DNA of 57,819 nt, the filler included, from Sphacelaria rigidula (Eukaryota): NCBI GenBank assembly GCA_964200075.2. It is 9 parts of 9 records of this genome, joined end to end, with 100 filler letters (N's around TTAATTAATTAA, not from the genome) between each part and the next. Parts side by side here need not be neighbours in the genome. Positions count along the whole stretch, not along the records: positions 45,050 to 51,384 come from CAXNAA020020710.1; positions 51,485 to 57,819 come from CAXNAA020020711.1; 7 more parts are not named here. One strand, given 5' to 3'. The position numbers and the translations under genes were made by a program. Of the stretch, positions 51,286 through 57,819 are shown piece after piece. Within the stretch, counting starts at the first letter, position 1, and every line of letters starts with the position of its first letter. The notes under the pieces are model-generated. The model had not been told where the DNA came from. It saw only the letters and a program-made list of their open reading frames with translations, and made no database searches.

Positions 51286-52249
51286 GACAGCCACGGCTTA
51301 TACACTGCCTCATGGATGCGTCACCATGAGGGGGGGGGGTGTACTCATGATCATGCATGCCATAGTCATCAGACCATTGAGATCNNNNNNNNNNNNNNNN
51401 NNNNNNNNNNNNNNNNNNNNNNNNNNNNTTAATTAATTAANNNNNNNNNNNNNNNNNNNNNNNNNNNNNNNNNNNNNNNNNNNNCTTGTATATGTAGGCA
51501 AGAAGTGGGGTCAGACTAGAAGTGGTCGCCAGGGGCGACCAGGACCGTGGGGGATGTTGGACCGTCCTATATTAGGCTCTTCCTGGCATCACCCCGAGTC
51601 GTCTAGTTACGTCGGCATTACAGGGTCCTTGGTAGTCTGGTCCTTCCGGACCGTTCCCACCTTGTCCCTGCTGGCGCTGGGTCTTCATTTTTCATATATG
51701 TGTGGCATCAGTCTCTGATATGTCACTGCAAAGAGGTATCCTCCACAATGGTAAGTGTTTCTCAACACCCAGTAAAGAAGATGTGACGCATTCGACTGCC
51801 GGCTACTATTAAAGTATCTCAAAAGCACATATGAATTAAACTCCCAAAAACATGTTTTTCCCGAATGCCCGCCACGAGCCTTCACATATGGACTCGAGGC
51901 GCATCACAGGGGCGGCTGATGTGGAGATCGCCATTTGGGCATGTGCGGAGAGATTTCCTTGTATGACGTATAACCTAGTGAACGGCTGTTACAGGGGTAG
52001 TTCCCTGGAGCCCCGAAACTCCCATATCTGTATAGCGGGATCTGGGAGCCCAATGTAACGGGGATCTTCCCAGCTAACTGCTGGCTATCCCTGGGGATCA
52101 CTTCTTCGACTCTGTCTTCGGGCTTACTCGCTCGCGCTCGTCGAGCTTTCCCGAGTGATCTACTTGCCTCAACCCCACGACTTACGGTCAACCCTTGACC
52201 ACATAACACGAGGAAAATCATCGGCCACCCTTCGACGGTTCCTACCGTC

Positions 52250-55200
52250 ACCGGGAGTCTCACGACCTCCACACTTATCTTCGTTACATATATAAGAACC
52301 GCGCATTTGTTTACGTTCGCTGTCACTCTCCATTTCCTTGTGTAAAATATCGAAATATTTCGATTTTTCTCCGTCCTGCATCATAGCACTTTTCGCACAT
52401 TATATCCTCTTCTTCACCATTCTCCACATCTTTCCTCTGGTCTTAGTTTCCCACATCTTTTCTACAGCCTATTTTTCCATGCTGCGTTATAGGCCTTTTT
52501 AATGTTTAGACATAAATAGTTCATCTTCAGCTCGACGTCTTTCCTACGTATAGCCTCTGCCAGACGATCTGGACAAGAGAACTTTCAACGAGGGACTCCT
52601 CAATTATCACTGGCCTCGTGCTCGACAAGTCCTTTCTTCGAGCCTGTTAATATCACGGAGTGATCCTCAACAGATCACCAGTCAGATAGTAAGGGGCCAC
52701 ACAGGAATGGGCCATCGATGCGGGATCCCCTGTCCCCTGCCACTGCTCCAATCATTCATGCGATTACAGTATACCGAAACCCTACGGCTTGGTACCATTT
52801 GGCTACAGCACCCTCAAAGCCAGCTCAAGACAAACGATTTTCACCGCTTTGCTGCATTGTAAGCACGCTGCACAGGTCTGCTGCAGCCCGCGCGCAATAC
52901 CATGTTTGCCGCCGGTTGTGGTGTACCCGGCATGCTGCTTCACAGGATCTAGCAATTCCTCGGAGGTCATATATAGTTCGACGGTACTTGTACATGCCTT
53001 CAAAGCACCGATGAACGTATGTAGGGATGAGTTGTCCAATGCTCATCCTTGCATGCCTTACACCTCCTTGTGCATTTGCTAGGTACAAACGCTCTTCGTA
53101 ATCGAGACAAGCGGCGTAAAAAACGCGTGATGCTTCCTCGGTCCACACCTCGCCACACTTTGGCTTTGGGTCTAGCGGCTCACCCAAAACCAGCGGCGCT
53201 GCCGCCGCTTGAGCCATGTCCTCTAGGACTCAAACACTTCACGAGGAGACTCTTGCCCGACTTGTATGTCCTCCAGCATGGCTGTGCGCTTCAAGCTGGT
53301 CTCCTTCCGCCTGCGGGCCAAACTGCTTCCAGCTGCGGTCCCTATTCCTCAGTCAAACTCCTCCAACAGAGCGCCGAGAATAATATTTAGATATTATAGC
53401 CTCTGCCAGACGATCTGGAAAAGAGTACTTTCAACGAGGGACTCCTCCAGCATCACTGGCCTCGTGCTCGACAAGTCCTTTCTTCTAGCATGTTATTATC
53501 ACGGAGTGATCCTCTACAGATCACGAGTACAGACAGCAAGGGGCCACACAGAAAAGGGCCATCAATCCAGGATCCCCTGTCCCTGCCAATGCTCCAATCA
53601 TGCATGCGGTCATACTGAAATCTTACGGCAAAGGTACCATTTGGCTACATACCCCACCTTGAATAACCTTACGTAATGTGTACCAGTACACATGGTCTAC
53701 CCAACTACGATTTGGTCTAAAACCTGCTTGTTCCTCGTTGATTCGCTGTTCCTCCTCTAGCATCGTTTCCGCCCTTTCATTCAGAATCTTACCGAATGGT
53801 TGCCCTACGGTGCTCAGTAGCGGTATCCTTCTCTCTATAATTTCCTGGGTCAGCATTGTCTCTTTTCTTGAAAAGCATGACTACTACTCCTTCTGTCCAC
53901 CTGTTGGGTGTGCACTCGTTATCCCACATTCAGTCCTACAGGATAATCACCATGGTAATCATCCCCTCTTCCCCGGATTTCGGAAGTTCATGTACTATTT
54001 GGTCTGCCCCTGCTGCCTTTCTGTTCTTGAGTTGACCTACACACTCCTTCACTTCATCTCTGATTAAATCTCTCTGCAATCCTTTGGAGCCACTATCCTC
54101 CCGCTTTGACACCTCTGCAATTGCCTCTGCCCACGAGATGATTTCTTTGTCAAATTTCGTGCCAAAGTTCTTGTTAGCTTTTGGTCTTTCTCGTTTACGG
54201 TAGTGCTCTACTAGTACCTCTCTCGTCCCCTTCGAACTACCAATCAGTTTACTGTTCTGCACCCGTAGTGTGCCTATACTCTTGTCTATCTCTCCTGTTT
54301 GCCCATTATCCCTATTATCCCTCCCCATATTTGCTTCATCTCGCCATCGGAATCTCCGTTTGTTTTATCCACTACATCTTCCCATCTTCCCCCTTATTTT
54401 TCTTCTCTTTCATCATGTTTACTTCCTTTCCGGCTTTAGCACACTCCTCTCATCCTACCGTAATATTACTCGATTTGATATTGCGTGGACCTCTCTCCTT
54501 ACTCTTGTAGCCTCTTTTTTTACTTCCTCACCCCACCATTTTACTGCTCTGTTGCATACGATCAGCTTTTTCCCTATGACCTTACTTGCTGTGGTCTTGA
54601 CCAGTTGCCCCCATCCTTCCATAACCTTCGCTCCTGCCCGATCCCTTTCCATTTTGGTATTAACTGTACCTACTCTATCCAACAACTCGGACAATTTGCT
54701 GTTGTTCTTGTATTTGTATGTTATCTACTTCATATTCTCTATGTGTACAAATTCCTACCCCGCCTATTTGTTACGGCTTTCGTCTCTTGGCTATCCGTCC
54801 ATATCAGGCAATGATCTATATTTCACACGTCCTCTGCGCATACGTTTACTTCAATTTTCTTGCCATTCCCATGCTCTACCACCACTATATAGTCAAAATA
54901 AACCTTCCTGTTTTTTTTGGTTGCGCTGTCTAGTCCATGTATGTCGCGTCTCTGGTTTTGTGTTATATCGTTCAGCGTCTTCATCTCGGTATGCTCGAGG
55001 AACTTCAGCATCTCTAGCCCGTTCGTGTTCTCCTTATCTCCCGCATATTCCCCAATGATATCATTCGGTTTACTTTCTTTTCCAAGCCTTGCATTATGAT
55101 CTCCCATTTATGTTACTTATCCTTGCCTTTCATACGCATGTACATCTGACGTTATCTCTCGAAACCTCCTCTATATATCGTCTACCGTGCTCTTCGATTC

Positions 55201-56290
55201 TGGGGGCATTTAAATGTTCCCTACGAAAAGGCTTTCGTTCCCCGCTCTCCTGGTACCGTAGTCCATATGATGTCGTCGAAATTTGTGTCGTTGATTACTC
55301 CTATGATGTCACACAGGCATTCCTTGACTAAGAATCCTACTCCCCCCGCCCCCCTGTTCCTGGGGCTCTGTCCTTTTTGCTTTGCCGTTATCCATGCCCA
55401 CTCTCTAGCTTTGCACCCTATTTCCGCCCCAAATGTTCCCCATGACTCTTAGACCCCTATTATATTCAGGTCACGGTTACTTACTTGTTCGGCTACCTCT
55501 ATTACTTTGCGCTCGTTTGCGGCGAATCTACACACGTTCCACGATCCTATCCTCACCTTCCTTTTCGAATCATTATCCACTCTCCTTTCATCGACTGTTC
55601 TAACTCCGTCGTTTTGACTTATATTTTCCCTTGCTTGATTCCTCTCCCCGTTTTCGGATTGCTCTCTGTCTGTTTGCATTGGGCCGCAATTTCCCCTTCC
55701 CTTTCCCTTCCGGGTACTACCTTGTTCCTGTTTCTCCTATCCTCCGTTTATCTGCGGGCAACGTCTTTGGTTGCTGTTCCATTGGATATGCATAGTCTCC
55801 ATCCTTCCTTCCTAACCCATGCCGAGACCTTTCTTGTCTGTCCTTTCCCACTCCTTACTCGCGCTCTGTTTTAGCGCGACTCGGAAGTGTTATCTCTCCC
55901 TTTCTACTTTTCCTGTTGCCAAACAATGTAGTCCTACTTCATCACTTTTCCTTTCAAAATCTATTCTCGTCATATCGCCACGGACTACGAATACCAGCAC
56001 TACTAGAACTTTACCCAGCCACTCTCTACTTCTCCATCCACTCTTCCTTACCGCCTCTCTCTCGATCTCTTTGGAGAAGATCTTCAGCTTGTTTGATTTA
56101 AGGTTCAAAGTGGGATGTAGTCAAGGTACTGGGACATCTCAATCCTAGTACTTGTTGGGGGTCTGGTGTCTTTCAGTTCTTCAGCTGGCTCACCCACACT
56201 AAATGATGCCTCCAACGCGGGCTCGTAGCCGGACGCAAGTACCCTACGTCTGTGCCAAGCGATCTGCATGGTAAACCATCCAAGTGTCCC
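52250..56290 (-). mobile_element. Degenerate APE-endonuclease LINE (endonuclease plus partial RT), interrupted by an LTR element
   Basis: RIGSWNV, MGDHNARLG and DYIV (APE); KAAGADQI and QAGFRPNRSWVDHVY..LRKVIQG (RT). RT resumes below 52545. Confidence 0.9.
52549..53649 (-). mobile_element. Internally deleted Gypsy element (LTRs 53649-53395 and 52807-52549) retaining only the gag N-terminus
   Basis: Direct repeats of ~255 bp. ORF 53217-52825 resembles the gag start at 45811 (EEASRVFYAACLDYEERL vs EQASRRFLQKYQEYEQAV). Same GAGGGTGC before the 3' LTR. Flanks TACG/TACC. Confidence 0.88.
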
Positions 56291-56344
56291 ACGATCGTAT
56301 CTTCCACCTTCTTGCCCCGCGGCTGTACTGGTTATTTTCCTCCC

Positions 56345-57819
56345 GAAGGTTAGACAGGGAAATATCGAAGTATTTTTATATGTTAAAAGGAGTTGCACAA
56401 GGATGTACGTTATCACCCACTTTATTCAAGGTATTCATTAATGACTTGATACTAGCAATAGAAGCAGCAAAGCAAGAAGTCAAGGTGGGTAAAGATGTGA
56501 TATCAGGTTTGACGTTCGCAGATGATTTCGTAGGGATTTCAGGAACAGCAGAAGGACTGCAAAAGCAAACAGAAAAAACGCTAGAACACTAGGAAGTGGA
56601 GAGTAACAGCGAATGCCAACAAATGCGCGGTACTCGTCTGTAACGAAGATAAGAAAAATCCGGTAGAGTCCAAGTGAAAGTGAGGAGAAGAGGAACTGCC
56701 GATTGTAGACCAGTTTGCGTACCTTGGCGTAGAGATATCAAAACACTGTTCTTGGGATGCACACGTGAACAAAGTAATAGAAAAGGGTAAGGCACAGATA
56801 GGCAGGATGTACGTGACCCTCAGAGATTCGCACGTAGACACTAGGAGTAAGAGATTTTTCCTGATAAACGTGATCGTACCAAAGCTGGAATATGCAGGAA
56901 AAGTATGGGAGGGGAACGTGAAATTAGTGAAGAAGTTGGAAACAGTGCAGATGGCAGCAGCTAAGAAGATACTTGGATGCTCGAAAACGACGAGTGATAC
57001 AGCACTGATAGCAGAGCTGGGAATGTACCCACTTGAAACAGAGACATGAAGAAATTGAGATGACAATATAGCTTGAAGAACATGCAGAGAAAGAGACTGC
57101 CAGCTATAGTTGATAAGGCTGTATGGAAGAAAAGTACGAAAGGGCATGCCATAAGGTGGGATAGAGAAGTCGAGAAAGTATCGAAGGAGATAGGAGGAAA
57201 CCAAGACGAAATACTGTCCAGAGGTGCAGGCGCGGGGTACAAGACAAAAGTAAGAGACACGATAGGAATAAGGGGAAAAGGAGTGCTCAGACGTAAGGTA
57301 GACGAGCGAAAACACCTGGAGATATACGGGGGGTTGAAAGAGGGGATCGCAATGAAAACATATTTGCATGGCCCCATGGACACTGCGAAAAATTTGAAAA
57401 TGCGATGTCGGGTGGGGGACCTGGACATGCCAGAAAGAAGAAAGAGACTTACCAGTGGTAGAGTGGAGGAGGAGGTGAATGGTCAGAACTGCCTCTGTGG
57501 CAGAGCAACAGAGAGCAGAAGTCATATTATGGCCCAGTGTGAACTATACAAGGAGGAACGGGACGCGCTAGAGGGGGAAATGCGGGACGCGAACGAAGGT
57601 GGCATGCAATCGTTTGATGCATTAGGCAGTAGCGAGAAAACGATGGTTATATCAGGAGATAGATGGTGGCCACAGACGGCGAAACAGGACGGGAATAATA
57701 TATGTAAACGGTTTTTGTGCAATGTATGGAAGAAACGTAATGAGCGCCGGAATGTTGAGGGTGTCTCTATTAGGAGTAGGAACGGTGCTCCGTCTCGAAA
57801 GGGATGCGTGGTCAATGGT
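56345..57819 (+). mobile_element. 5'-truncated LINE: RT C-terminal half and Cys/His C-terminal motif
   Basis: GVAQGCTLSPTLFKVFINDL, FADD, YLG and CLCGRATESRSHIMAQC. Runs into the same 3' sequence as the oligo(C)-tailed copies. Confidence 0.93.

Noticed and set aside
54181..57525. Long Leu/Ser/Phe-rich ORFs (54270-55058 +, 56581-57525 -)
   Set aside because: Antisense shadows of purine-rich LINE coding strands.

Overview
Eukaryotic, intron-rich and repeat-rich DNA, most likely from a brown alga or related stramenopile (inferred from gene structure and TE content). The window is not one locus. It is nine unrelated contigs of 6336/6335 bp joined by 100-bp N44-TTAATTAATTAA-N44 linkers, so nothing can be inferred across linkers. 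Host genes are partial and spliced: a nitric oxide synthase (NOS) oxygenase domain (two exons whose splice junction rebuilds the heme-thiolate motif WRNSAKCIGRIAW), a GCR1/cAMP-receptor-like GPCR (5 exons including a 21-nt microexon), a copine-type C2 gene head-to-head with coatomer epsilon, and an IQ-motif protein. Mobile DNA dominates: a full-length decayed chromodomain Ty3/Gypsy element with both LTRs and a TSD, a deleted relative of it, a second LTR/gag remnant, APE-type and RTE-like LINEs, and several MITEs. The most notable items are (1) the NOS gene and (2) a LINE plus a non-tRNA SINE-like partner that share a ~75-nt 3' end, end in oligo(C) rather than poly(A), and appear to insert into G/C tracts. 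All calls were made by eye; no searches were run.
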